From positions 1 to 25,350 of the forward strand of contig JBCDEZ010000019.1 in assembly GCA_039179045.1 (NCBI GenBank): a DNA stretch of 25,350 bases. Reading direction: 5' to 3'. The stretch's first letter is position 1. Each line of letters starts with the position of its first letter. Positions 7,827 to 17,418 of this stretch are shown one piece after another. The position numbers and the translations under genes are program-made. Origin of the DNA: Chlamydiota bacterium (GTDB taxonomy: Bacteria > Chlamydiota > Chlamydiia > Chlamydiales > SM23-39). A model generated the notes under the pieces. That model was not told where the DNA came from. It searched no databases and saw nothing but the letters and a program-made list of their open reading frames with translations.

Positions 7827-8913
7827 CCTCAATCAAAGCTTGGTTGAGGTACGTGATTAAGGTAAAAAGTTCGTTTTCTTGCTGGCGCATCACCTCTAGC
7901 TCCTCACCCATTGCCGCTGCCTGCGCAACTAAATTCTCCGTTTCTTTCTCCGCATGATTCTTATCCGCCATTCTTTCTGTTTGCACATGGGTGATCTGCT
8001 CTTCTGCTTCGACAAGGCGCTCTTTTGCCTGCTCGAGAGCTACACTTTTTTGCGTCATCTGCTCTTTGAGCTGAAAGTACATCGGCTCAAATTTCTTCAA
8101 AGCGCTCGCATGCAAAAGGACGATCCTGAGATCTTCCGACTTTTCTGAGAATTTCTGGCGTAACTCATCGAGCTGCTTTTGTAGCGAATAGTGCATTGCG
8201 AAACTCTCTTTAGGATGCAGAGTAGTTTTTTTTAACTGCGCCGTTTCTAAAAGATCTTCCAACCTCTTTTTCTCGTCTTCAAAACGTTTCTGCTCTTCAT
8301 CAGAAGAGGCTTTCAAAGCGGCGATTGCCTGTTCTTTTTCCTCTAAGATTTTCTGTAGGGAGAAAAGATTTTCCAATTCTACTTTTCTCTCTTCCACCTG
8401 TAAATGCAATTTTTCTTGCATTTCTTCGTAGGTCTCTTGTAGAAAAATATAGCGCTTTTCTAGTTCAAGACATTCGGCTCTTTTACCGAGAAAATCTCTT
8501 TGCAAATTGGAGGAGATACTTTCCAAATCTCGGAGATGCTGCTCCCTTTTTTTCCCCTTTTCCAGGATAAGAAAAACTTGCATAAACAAGGCACGGATCT
8601 GGGAAGAACTCGCAGCAGCCATCCACAAACTCACTGAAACAGCCAAGTATACACCAATCTTTTCCACAGAAAAAGCTCCGGGAAGATAGTAGAAAAAAGG
8701 GAATAAAAAGAGATAAGCTACTAGAATGCACAACGTACTTTGTTTCGGGAAAAGAGCGGCACAAACTAAGGCTGTTGCTACGGAAAGAAGCATAGTTCCT
8801 CCAGAAGGGCCTTTCGTCAAGATCGGTGCGATACAACAAAGAAGAGTGGCTGCGAAAAAAAGGGGTAGGCAAGCATAGCGCCAGGACCGCTCCATATCTT
8901 CGAGATCATCCAT
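7816..8913 (-). CDS. Membrane protein with several N-terminal TM helices and a long coiled coil (Chlamydia CT850-like by synteny)
   Basis: Hydrophobic N-terminal third and an E/K/Q/L-rich C-terminus. GGAGGT precedes the ATG at 8913. It is convergent with map. Confidence 0.8.
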   Translation of the reverse strand: MDDLEDMERSWRYACLPLFFAATLLCCIAPILTKGPSGGTMLLSVATALVCAALFPKQSTLCILVAYLFLFPFFYYLPGAFSVEKIGVYLAVSVSLWMAAASSSQIRALFMQVFLILEKGKKREQHLRDLESISSNLQRDFLGKRAECLELEKRYIFLQETYEEMQEKLHLQVEERKVELENLFSLQKILEEKEQAIAALKASSDEEQKRFEDEKKRLEDLLETAQLKKTTLHPKESFAMHYSLQKQLDELRQKFSEKSEDLRIVLLHASALKKFEPMYFQLKEQMTQKSVALEQAKERLVEAEEQITHVQTERMADKNHAEKETENLVAQAAAMGEELEVMRQQENELFTLITYLNQALIEAKQ

Positions 8914-9129
8914 AGATACCTCCGTAAATTGTATCCTAGCAATTCCTCTCAAGAGAGAACAGGAGAAAATCTCTTCCCAAAGAAAATCTTGGTATGAGGG
9001 TCACGCGAATTGCAGGCAAAAAAGCGAAGAAAAGACTAGAGCGCGCTAAATTATAGTAAGCGTGCAAAACTTGTAGCCAAGAGAAAAAGTAGAAAAAACT
9101 CCGCGAAACGGACTTTTTAAAATTGTACT

Positions 9130-9375
9130 TCACTCGGGAAGAGGGGTTTCTTCTTCCCGAGAAGAGTTGAATACTTCTGCAGCGCTATCCAAAAGGTATG
9201 CAGCAAGCATTTCATCTCCCTCGTAAGACATTTCAACATCCATTCTTCCGTCTTTTACAGCATCTTTGCACGTGATCAAGACATAGCATGAGTGGTTGTT
9301 TCCCAGACTTTTTCTAATTTTCTGTATGGACCAATCCTTATGCTCCGTCTCTATTAGCTGTAACTTTTCTTTCAT
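9130..9375 (-). CDS. Small conserved chlamydial protein (CT849.1-like)
   Basis: CYVLITC...DGRMDVEMSYEGDEMLAAYLL motif recalled from chlamydial homologs. The start is probably 9375 or 9381 rather than 9507. Confidence 0.75.
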   Translation of the reverse strand: MKEKLQLIETEHKDWSIQKIRKSLGNNHSCYVLITCKDAVKDGRMDVEMSYEGDEMLAAYLLDSAAEVFNSSREEETPLPE

Positions 9376-9867
9376 GGACATTCCGATTAAACGTTGTTTG
9401 TAACAAAATCCTCTGCACTGCATCCGTATATTCAGTTTGTAGATCGCACACACCTCGATTAACATGCAACCTAAAACAATAACTACGAAAAATTTGCGCG
9501 GGATCATATAACAAAAAGGAGTATCTTGAATAGGGATTTCTTTCGTTTATTTTTTCATAGGAAAAATTCACTGGTATAGATCTATGTCGCAATCGGCAAA
9601 GCTACTTTCTTCCTGCCGATTGGAATCGATACCCACATTCCGCACCTCTTGTAGAGGGATTGTGGAATAGGGTTTTACTTAAGACTAGTTTCATGAAACC
9701 ATACACCCATCTTAGATGGCACTAGCGCAAAAATTCCTTTCTACCGATTTTACGAGAAGGATGCGAAAAAGGACAAAGTACGCCCTCCTCAGCTCTTCTT
9801 CGCACAAATAAGATGACTGGAAAAGCAGGCGATACAAGAGACGTCAGCGCATCGAGAAAAAATGCTA

Positions 9868-9896
9868 TTGACACACGAACTGCTTTCCAATAGAAT
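9868..9896 (+). promoter_or_regulatory. Sigma66/sigma70 promoter of htpX-mnmA
   Basis: TTGACA (9868-9873), a 17-bp spacer and TAGAAT (9891-9896), with an AAGGAG RBS before the ATG at 9938. Confidence 0.75.
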
Positions 9897-9937
9897 AAAA
9901 TCGGAGTTTGCTACTCTAATCTTTAATAAGGAGACGT

Positions 9938-10831
9938 ATGGGTTTTATCAAAAGAATTGGCTTTTTTCTTGTTTTGAACTTCCTAATTGTAATTACGATT
10001 TCTATCGTTTTATCTTTACTGGGAGTCCAACCTTATTTACAAAGAGCTGGCCTGAATTACAGAAGTTTAGCCGTTTTCTGTTTTCTATGGGGAATGCTAG
10101 GTGCTGGTATCTCTTTGGCTCTTTCCAAAAAGATGGCTCTGTGGATGATGAAAATACGCTTAATCCAAAGAGGATCTTCCCACGAGTTTCTTTTGCACAC
10201 TGTGGAAAGACTTGCAAAAAAGGCGCATATTCCCATGCCAGATGTGGGCATCTACCCTGGTAAAGAGGTGAACGCATTTGCTACAGGACCCACAAAGCGC
10301 CATTCTTTGATTGCTGTTTCCGAAGGGCTCCTCCATAAAATGGATCCCGATGAGATCGAGGGGGTACTAGCTCACGAACTGGCCCATATCGAAAATGGAG
10401 ATATGGTTACCATGACCCTTTTGCAGGGAGTGGTCAACGCATTTGTCATGTTTTTTGCGAGAGCTCTTGCCTATGCCGTATCGGGCTTGGGAAGAGGCGA
10501 CAGAAGAAGTTCCTACATGACCTACATTTTTTGCGTGTATGCCTTTGAAATTTGCTTCATGATTTTGGGATCTTTGCTCGTCTCCGGGTTTTCACGCTTC
10601 CGAGAGTATCGAGCAGATCGAGGAGGTGCGCGCCTTGCCGGAACCAACAAAATGATCCGTGCTCTGGAAACTCTGTTAGCGCAAAACTCGTCGGCACCTG
10701 CAGATATTCCTCAAGAGCAAGCTGCTTTCAACTCTTTGAAAATCTCTTCGAATAGGAAAAGTAACTGGCTGCGCCTTTTCGCTTCCCATCCCCCTCTAGA
10801 GGAGAGAATCGCACGCCTCCGCTCTTCATAG
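9938..10831 (+). CDS. htpX: Membrane zinc metalloprotease HtpX (M48)
   Basis: NAFATG, HELAH (HExxH), NGDMVTMTLLQGVVNAFV, SRFREYRAD and SHPPLEERI motifs. Confidence 0.97.
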   Translation: MGFIKRIGFFLVLNFLIVITISIVLSLLGVQPYLQRAGLNYRSLAVFCFLWGMLGAGISLALSKKMALWMMKIRLIQRGSSHEFLLHTVERLAKKAHIPMPDVGIYPGKEVNAFATGPTKRHSLIAVSEGLLHKMDPDEIEGVLAHELAHIENGDMVTMTLLQGVVNAFVMFFARALAYAVSGLGRGDRRSSYMTYIFCVYAFEICFMILGSLLVSGFSRFREYRADRGGARLAGTNKMIRALETLLAQNSSAPADIPQEQAAFNSLKISSNRKSNWLRLFASHPPLEERIARLRSS

Positions 10832-10832
10832 G

Positions 10833-11888
10833 ATGCAGAAAAAAACCGTTGTTGTTGGTCTGTCGGGAGGAGTTGACTCCTCTGTAGCCGCTTACCTACT
10901 GCAGAAACAGGGATATCGAGTAATCGGCGTTTTCATGAGAAATTGGGTTGAGCAGGATGCTACAGCGGCCTGCTCAGCGGAACAGGATTATGCAGACGTT
11001 GCAAAAGTTGCTGACAAGCTCTCGATTCCTTATTACTCAATGGACTTTTCCCAAGAATACAAAGAACTGGTTTTTTCCACATTTTTGGAAGATCTCAGAA
11101 AGGGAAGAACGCCCAACCCCGATGTGCTCTGCAATCAAAAAATCAAGTTTCATGTCTTTTGGGAAAAGGCAGGACGGAGACTCGGCGCCGACTATCTGGC
11201 TACGGGGCATTACTGCCAAACCAATGAAAAAGGCGCCCTGCTCAAAGGGGCAGACAAAGAAAAAGACCAAAGCTACTTTTTGCACACGGTTTCGTCCAAG
11301 ATTCTCCGGAAAACCCTCTTCCCCATTGGCCATCTTCCAAAAGCGGAGGTGCGAGAAATTGCGCGGAAGCTTGAACTGCCTGTGCACAACAAACGGGACA
11401 GTACCGGCATTTGCTTCATCGGTAAGCGAGACTTTCGTTCTTTTGTTGGTTCTTTTTTGGGTTACCAGCCAGGGAACTTTGTCGATAGCAAAGGGAACGT
11501 ATTGGGGAGGCATGTTGGCGCGGCTTTTTATACCATTGGCCAACGCAAAGGCCTCGGAATTGGAGGGCCAGGAGCCCCTTGGTTTGTGGCAAGCAAAAAC
11601 CTTGCAACAAACGAAGTGCTGCTCGTGCAAGGGGAAAATCATCCCGCGCTTTTTCGCACTTTTCTACAAGCAGACGAGCTATTTTGGGTCCAGAATCCTC
11701 CCCCTATCCCCTCTTCTTTGCACGCGAAAATCCGGTACCGGCAAAAAGAGGCTCCTTGCACGATTTTAGAACAACAAGGAACCATTCTCTCGATCCAATT
11801 TGCCGAACCACAAAGAGCGGTGACACCAGGACAATCGGTTGTGTTTTACGAAACAAACCGGTGTCTTGGTGGAGGAAAAATCTTGTAG
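10833..11888 (+). CDS. mnmA: tRNA 2-thiouridine(34) synthase
   Basis: SGGVDSS PP-loop, TPNPDVLCN, ATGHY, KDQSYFL, DSTGICFIG and TPGQ motifs. Confidence 0.98.
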   Translation: MQKKTVVVGLSGGVDSSVAAYLLQKQGYRVIGVFMRNWVEQDATAACSAEQDYADVAKVADKLSIPYYSMDFSQEYKELVFSTFLEDLRKGRTPNPDVLCNQKIKFHVFWEKAGRRLGADYLATGHYCQTNEKGALLKGADKEKDQSYFLHTVSSKILRKTLFPIGHLPKAEVREIARKLELPVHNKRDSTGICFIGKRDFRSFVGSFLGYQPGNFVDSKGNVLGRHVGAAFYTIGQRKGLGIGGPGAPWFVASKNLATNEVLLVQGENHPALFRTFLQADELFWVQNPPPIPSSLHAKIRYRQKEAPCTILEQQGTILSIQFAEPQRAVTPGQSVVFYETNRCLGGGKIL

Positions 11889-12188
11889 ATATAGTTATCG
11901 AAATTTGGTTTTTCTTTGTCTTATTGCATCTCAAAGAAAGACGCAATCAATCGCTCATTTTCTGAAGCATCAATCAAATAAGAAAGTTTACACTTCAAAT
12001 TACTATCAACACGCTTCTATTTTGCCCCTCGTCTGTACAACACATGCGCTTTGCCACAAAACCATCGCAACACTTTTCTTTCCATTTCAAAAAATTGGGC
12101 CTCTTCTCCACTACCCGGAAAAATACGTCTAGGGCTACATCTGCAAAATTTGCTATAAAAGAATCGATGTCACACAGGAGTAAACTTT

Positions 12189-13208
12189 ATGAATAAGGAA
12201 TACAGGAAGAGTCCTAGACGTGAACAGGGATGGATCGTAGTCACGGGAGCTGCTGGATTCATCGGATCAGGAGTCGTGCGCTACTTGAATGATCTTGGCT
12301 ATACCCAACTTCTGCTGGTAGACACGCTAGAAAAAACGGATAAATGGAAGAACCTAGTCGGGAAGTCTTTCATGGATCTAGTCACAAAAGAGGCACTTTT
12401 TCCCATACTAGAAGAAGAGCACCGCAATATCCGCGGTATTGTCCATTTGGGAGCTTGCTCTTCAACCACAGAAACAGATGGGGACTACCTTTTAGAGAAC
12501 AATTACCGCTATTCTGTCGACCTTGCAAAGGCTGCTATCCGCTGGAATATCCGCTTTGTATATGCCTCTTCTGCAGCAACGTACGGAGGAAGGGAAAAAA
12601 ATTTTGATGATGACGAAACTGCCCTTTTAGAATTAGCGCCTCTCAATCTGTATGGTTTTTCTAAGCAGTTGTTCGATCTATGGCTAGAAAGGGAGAACTT
12701 ACTCGATCGTGTTGTGGGATTGAAATATTTCAATGTCTTTGGGCCCAACGAGTACCACAAAGGGGCCATGGCCTCTATGGTTCTAAAAATGACAAAGAAA
12801 GCAGCTCAAGGGCAACCTATTTTGCTTTTCAAATCGAATGACCCTCAGTATCAGAATGGAGAACAGAAGCGAGATTTTATCTATGTAAAAGATGCCGTTC
12901 GCTGCACCGTCGATTTCCTGCTGGAACCCTCTTTACAAGATGTAGGAGGGATCTTCAACATAGGATCTGGTAAAGCTACGAGCTGGAATCAGCTTGCTCA
13001 TGCCCTGTTCTACGCCCTCGACAAGCCAGCGAAAATCGAGTACATCGATATGCCAAAAGAGCTGGAAGGGCAGTACCAGAATTTTACACAGGCAAATATG
13101 GGAAAACACCAGAAACTGCCTCATAGAGAGCCTCTACAAATGACCTCCATTGAAGAGAGTGTGCGTGAATATGTCCAACAATATATTCTTCCAGGTACTT
13201 ATTGGTAA
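12189..13208 (+). CDS. hldD: ADP-L-glycero-D-manno-heptose 6-epimerase
   Basis: TGAAGFIGS, HLGACSSTTE, YASSAATYG, PLNLYGFSK, KYFNVFGPNEYHKG and RDFIYVKD motifs. Confidence 0.95.
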   Translation: MNKEYRKSPRREQGWIVVTGAAGFIGSGVVRYLNDLGYTQLLLVDTLEKTDKWKNLVGKSFMDLVTKEALFPILEEEHRNIRGIVHLGACSSTTETDGDYLLENNYRYSVDLAKAAIRWNIRFVYASSAATYGGREKNFDDDETALLELAPLNLYGFSKQLFDLWLERENLLDRVVGLKYFNVFGPNEYHKGAMASMVLKMTKKAAQGQPILLFKSNDPQYQNGEQKRDFIYVKDAVRCTVDFLLEPSLQDVGGIFNIGSGKATSWNQLAHALFYALDKPAKIEYIDMPKELEGQYQNFTQANMGKHQKLPHREPLQMTSIEESVREYVQQYILPGTYW

Positions 13209-14518
13209 TGCTGACCGGAACTTTTAGCAAGCTGCGCAAATTTTTCGCTCTAGTAATCGGAGATTTTATGCTCGATACCTATACGAGTGGGTCAATCGAT
13301 AGAATCTCTCCCGAAGCTCCCGTGTCGGTCTTGCACGTAACAAAAAAAGAGTTCCGTTCGGGAGGAGCTGGCAATGTCGCTCTCGGGTTGAAAGCGCTAG
13401 GCGCTGACGTAGCTGTGATTGGCAGGGTTGGAAAAGATCGCGCAGGCAAACTGGTAAAAAATACCCTCGAAGGGGAAAAAATCCTCACACAGCATCTCCT
13501 CACATACAGCTCTTACTTGACGCCTATCAAAGACCGTCTCATTGCAGGAAGACAGCAAATTCTGCGCGTCGACGAAGAGAAGATTCTTCCCCTCCCCGAA
13601 CCTGCCGAATCGAGGGTCATGAGCGCTTTGGAAGAGATGCTCTGCAGCGCAACAATCGTTGTGATTTCCGATTACAACAAGGGATTTTTGACTCCCTCCT
13701 TGCTACAAAAAATCATCAAAAAAGCACAGCAGCGCTCTATCCCTGTTCTTTGCGATCCGAAAGGCGCCGACTTTAGCAAGTACTCAGGTTCACTCCTCAT
13801 CAAACCCAATGTGAAAGAGGCACTCATGGCCTCAGGTCTGGAGGAGCACGAGGGTTTGGACCGGATTGCGCAACAGCTGCTCTGTACTGCAGAGATTCCG
13901 TATCTTCTGATCACCCGCTCGGGGGAAGGGATGTCTCTTTTCGAAAAAAATCTGCCAGGCCGCCATTTTCCCGTAAAGTCTCGCGAAGTGATGGACGTAA
14001 CAGGCGCAGGAGATACCGTCTTAGCTACCCTAGCTTCAGGAATCGCAAGTGGTCTCGGTATGCCTCAAGCAATCGACCTTGCCAATGCTGCAGCAGGACT
14101 TGCAATCGAACGTTTGGGCTGCGCTGCAATCACTCTAAGCGCTCTTGCCCGAAGACTCTTAGAGATGGATACAGAGAACAAAATTTTCGATGAGACCCAC
14201 CTCTACGCGCTGAAAAAAGCGTTGGAACATCAAGAATTTTCTCTTCTTGTAATCGACACGACCGTGGGAATTACTCCAGAACTTTTCCGCACAATCCGCA
14301 AGATGACAGAGAAAAATCGGGAGCTTTTGCTCTATATTCGAGATCCTAATCCGAATGAAGACTTGATTCATATCCTCTCTTCTCTAAGTGAAGTGAGTTT
14401 TGTCATCCTCAAAAAGGAGAGTCTAGACAATTTGTGTCAAGCAATCCACCCTGACGAGGTCCACTTTCTGGAAAAAAGGGAAGAAGCCTGCTTCCCTCCT
14501 CTTTTTTCCTCTTCTTAA
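13208..14518 (+). CDS. hldE: HldE/RfaE-like heptose-7-phosphate kinase with a degenerate C-terminal adenylyltransferase-like domain
   Basis: GDFMLD, RISPEAPV, GGAGNVA, SDYNKG and DVTGAGDTV PfkB motifs. The ATG overlaps the hldD stop (TAATG). The C-terminal domain lacks HxGH. Confidence 0.88.
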   Translation: MLTGTFSKLRKFFALVIGDFMLDTYTSGSIDRISPEAPVSVLHVTKKEFRSGGAGNVALGLKALGADVAVIGRVGKDRAGKLVKNTLEGEKILTQHLLTYSSYLTPIKDRLIAGRQQILRVDEEKILPLPEPAESRVMSALEEMLCSATIVVISDYNKGFLTPSLLQKIIKKAQQRSIPVLCDPKGADFSKYSGSLLIKPNVKEALMASGLEEHEGLDRIAQQLLCTAEIPYLLITRSGEGMSLFEKNLPGRHFPVKSREVMDVTGAGDTVLATLASGIASGLGMPQAIDLANAAAGLAIERLGCAAITLSALARRLLEMDTENKIFDETHLYALKKALEHQEFSLLVIDTTVGITPELFRTIRKMTEKNRELLLYIRDPNPNEDLIHILSSLSEVSFVILKKESLDNLCQAIHPDEVHFLEKREEACFPPLFSSS

Positions 14519-14587
14519 GAGATAATGCGCTAGCATATACCCATTTTTACTGAAGAGTTGCGTAAGGAAATGCTTGCGTAAGCAAAA

Positions 14588-14730
14588 AAGAGGCAGGCGA
14601 TAGAGCCACGCATAGGGCACTCATGGGAAGTTGGGTAGCAATGACCTCAAAGGTACGATGGGAGTTTTCATGAACGCGACTCTATGCGGCATCGGTCATA
14701 ACTTCAGACTCATTTTGCATAAAATAGACG
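14588..14730 (+). pseudogene. C-terminal fragment of an IS5-family transposase, frameshifted
   Basis: KRQAIEPRIGH (14588-14620), then in another frame GKLGSNDLKGTMGVFMNATLCGIGHNFRLIL. This matches the IS5 pattern R-x-AIEPxIGH...LGRNxLKG...NAxL...GxNxRxxL. Confidence 0.8.
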
Positions 14731-14881
14731 CGCTTCCAACAGTTTCAAAAGAAAATTTTTCTTACAAAGAGGAAAACCTCCCGAGAGTTGTATCCAAAAA
14801 CAGTGAAAAAATACATGAAAAATATTTGAAAAACATCCGTTTTTCTTGGAAAAAATTCTTTCTTTTCATTAATATATTTAC

Positions 14882-15592
14882 ATGTCTTTTTGTTTAATTC
14901 TCTCTACAGAACTTTCTAACCCTGCGAAATCTCTTTCTCTACATGCTTCTTCGAAAGATGAACTCTTGCAATTGATACCATCCTTGGGCGTACGCAAAGA
15001 TGATTATTTGGGAGGAAAGACCCTTTCCCCGCTGCGAAAGCTTCTCTGTTCACCCGACTGGTTCACCTCTCTTGTTCCCCTTTTCCCTTGCATTTCTCTA
15101 TCTGTTGCCTACAAGCTACAGGATCGATGTGCGCTGATGCGGTACCCCCTATTTTTCCTATCTGCCGCTACCGACTTCTGCCTACTCCCCCTTTTTGTCA
15201 AGGAGAGAATGAGCCTTTACATTCTCCGCACTTTGTATGTTTTTTACACTTATTTCGATTGGTATACCTTTTCTTTCGTACCAAGGCGGCTTTACTACGA
15301 TTTGACAGGCCGACTACCCGACAACGCAGAAAAAAATCATTTGGAAATCGTGCACAGGTTGCTGAGTAGCCGTTATCCTATTTCGATTTACTTCGTAGAA
15401 TTAGACGTTACAGAGAATGGTACTTACCATGCCTACTCACACACTTTCCTTGATACAGAAAACAAGCCTAAAACACTATCAGAGGAGGAGACAAAGGCGG
15501 ACTCCTTGAAGGCATTAGTGCAAAAGCATATAAGCAAAGCGGGCGAAATGGGAGAGAAATTTGTGTCTATCGAGCTGCGTCCTATGATCTAA
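14882..15592 (+). CDS. Hypothetical protein, 236 aa
   Basis: A long ATG ORF fills the gap between the IS5 remnant and ispE. It has a moderately hydrophobic middle and no motif I recognise. Confidence 0.6.
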   Translation: MSFCLILSTELSNPAKSLSLHASSKDELLQLIPSLGVRKDDYLGGKTLSPLRKLLCSPDWFTSLVPLFPCISLSVAYKLQDRCALMRYPLFFLSAATDFCLLPLFVKERMSLYILRTLYVFYTYFDWYTFSFVPRRLYYDLTGRLPDNAEKNHLEIVHRLLSSRYPISIYFVELDVTENGTYHAYSHTFLDTENKPKTLSEEETKADSLKALVQKHISKAGEMGEKFVSIELRPMI

Positions 15593-15796
15593 AACGCTAC
15601 TCTAGCTGACTAAAGCTCTTTTAGATCGTTTTTTATAGAAAAAAGCATTGAAAAAAACAAAAGACGTTGTATGAAGTTCATTCTACTGAATAAATAGTAC
15701 GGCAATTGTGATCTATCCTATCAATTCTCGTTCAGGAGATGTAATGCGGCTTGGCAAGCTCGACTACTGTAGAGAAAATATCCATTTCTAAAGCAT

Positions 15797-16627
15797 TCAT
15801 CGCACTGATTCTTTGTACCAACCATTCTCTTCTCTTCGGATGCCTTGAATCGGCTTCATAACAACACCACTTGGAGACTTGCCCTCTCCAAGGCAAAAAT
15901 AGGCGGATCCCGAGCCACTCATCGACACGGTGGAAAATCCCCCTTGGATGAGAGCCTTTTTGTAGCAAGAGAGCTTGGACTGTAGGCCTTCTGCTGCTTT
16001 TTCTAAATCATTGAAATAAAGGGGGTGCGAGAAAAACTCCTCCAAAGGAAAGAGCGATGTACTGTAATCAGCAGCAGAGAGCTGTCTGTAAACAGCAGGG
16101 GTAGAGGAGAGGATCCCTGAAAGTGCCAAAGTAGACCTGAAAGAAAAGAGACGCTCTAGACTGGTGACATTCTCCCCCTTCCCTCGGCAGTAGGCAAGTC
16201 CCGTTGAGAAAAAGCAGGGCACATCTGCACCGATCCTGCCTCCAATTTGGGCAAGTTCTTGCATAGAAAGGGGAGATCCCATCCACTCGTTGAGCGCCCA
16301 AAGAGTGGTTGCCGCATTGCTACTCGCTCCCCCAAGGCCCGATCCTAGAGGAATCTTTTTGTCGAGGTGAACGTGGAAGTGGGGTAAATGGGGTATCCGC
16401 TTTCTCAAATAAGTTAGTGCCTGCAGCACCAGGTTAGAGCGGTCTAAAGGAAGAGTAGGGTCACTGCTGGTGAGTCGATCTGCAAAACAGGGGGTGAATT
16501 CAAGAAAATCGCCTAGATCAATCACTTGATAGACCGAGGCGATTTCGTGGTAACCGTCGCTTCTTTTCCCCAGCACTTGAAAAAAAAGATTCACCTTTGC
16601 GGGGGAAAAAATGCGTAGCTTAGACAC
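15797..16627 (-). CDS. ispE: 4-diphosphocytidyl-2-C-methyl-D-erythritol kinase
   Basis: SPAKVNL, KRSDGYHEI, KKIPLGSGLGGASSNAA, GADVP and MSGSGS motifs. A GTG start at 16627 overlaps the rplI end. Confidence 0.95.
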   Translation of the reverse strand: MSKLRIFSPAKVNLFFQVLGKRSDGYHEIASVYQVIDLGDFLEFTPCFADRLTSSDPTLPLDRSNLVLQALTYLRKRIPHLPHFHVHLDKKIPLGSGLGGASSNAATTLWALNEWMGSPLSMQELAQIGGRIGADVPCFFSTGLAYCRGKGENVTSLERLFSFRSTLALSGILSSTPAVYRQLSAADYSTSLFPLEEFFSHPLYFNDLEKAAEGLQSKLSCYKKALIQGGFSTVSMSGSGSAYFCLGEGKSPSGVVMKPIQGIRREENGWYKESVR

Positions 16628-17162
16628 TCGGTTCCTCTTGCGGAGATTCGCTTGCAAGAGCGGCCTTCTCTTCTGCTTGCCTGGCAAGAGCTAGCTTCAC
16701 CTCTTCATCTTCGGGATCCAAAATCACCTTCACAGATGTGATTACCTCCTCTTTCAAGGCGAGAGGGATACGGTGCGTTCCTAAAGTTTTGATCGGTTTT
16801 GTAATTCGCACTGCCTGTTTTTCAAGCACAATACCTTGTTGCTCCAAAAGAGAAAGAATCTCCAAGACCGTAAGAGAACCGTACATTTTACCATGCGGAT
16901 CGGTTTTTACCTTGGTCTGCAAGGTGATCGATACGAGCTGCTCTTTGATTTTTTCCGATTCTTGCCGATCGACACGCGCTTTTTCCTCCCGCTCTTTTTG
17001 CAAACGATCTTGCATACGGAGGGTTTGTGGCCCTGCTCGCAAGGCCATTTGCTGAGGAAGCAAGAAATTGCGGAAATAGCCAGGCTTGGCCTGCACAACT
17101 TCCCCTTTTCTTCCAAGTCCATGTACATCTTCTAAAAGTAGTAATGTCTGCTTTTTTTTCAT
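16620..17162 (-). CDS. rplI: 50S ribosomal protein L9
   Basis: LLEDVHGLGRKGEVVQAKPGYFRNFLLP, GKMYGS and PIKTLG motifs. Confidence 0.97.
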   Translation of the reverse strand: MKKKQTLLLLEDVHGLGRKGEVVQAKPGYFRNFLLPQQMALRAGPQTLRMQDRLQKEREEKARVDRQESEKIKEQLVSITLQTKVKTDPHGKMYGSLTVLEILSLLEQQGIVLEKQAVRITKPIKTLGTHRIPLALKEEVITSVKVILDPEDEEVKLALARQAEEKAALASESPQEEPSV

Positions 17163-17165
17163 GGT

Positions 17166-17408
17166 CTAGTCCTCCGCAACAAAGGGCAGTAGCGCAACGT
17201 GCCGCGCTTTTTTGATCGCCGCTTTTAAGAGTTTTTGGTAGCGGTGTGATACTCCCGTGATCCTTCTAGGAAGAATCTTACCTCGCTCGGTCACGAAGTG
17301 ACTGAGCATCTCAGTATCTTTGTAGTCAATATGCTTGCATCCAGAGACGGTAAATGGGCACTGTTTTTTTCTTCTCGAAAAGATCGAGCTATTTTTTCCT
17401 TTTTTCAT
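17166..17408 (-). CDS. rpsR: 30S ribosomal protein S18
   Basis: IDYKD...[16 protein letters not shown]...[13 protein letters not shown]. Confidence 0.98.
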   Translation of the reverse strand: MKKGKNSSIFSRRKKQCPFTVSGCKHIDYKDTEMLSHFVTERGKILPRRITGVSHRYQKLLKAAIKKARHVALLPFVAED

Positions 17409-17418
17409 CTTCCACTCC

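Noticed and set aside
9895..9925. Possible CIRCE (HrcA) operator upstream of htpX
   Set aside because: There is no acceptable match to TTAGCACTC-N9-GAGTGCTAA, only a partial GAGTTTGCTA.
10948..11769. 273-aa alternative-frame ORF, and a 201-aa antisense ORF at 11037-11642
   Set aside because: Both lie wholly inside mnmA and have no motifs, so they are shadow ORFs.
11889..12188. 300-bp gap between mnmA and hldD
   Set aside because: I saw only short ORFs and no clear structure or repeat, so nothing here can be supported.
14631..14897. 88-aa ORF as a functional gene
   Set aside because: Its first part is the IS5 transposase fragment, and the rest is read-through into AT-rich spacer.
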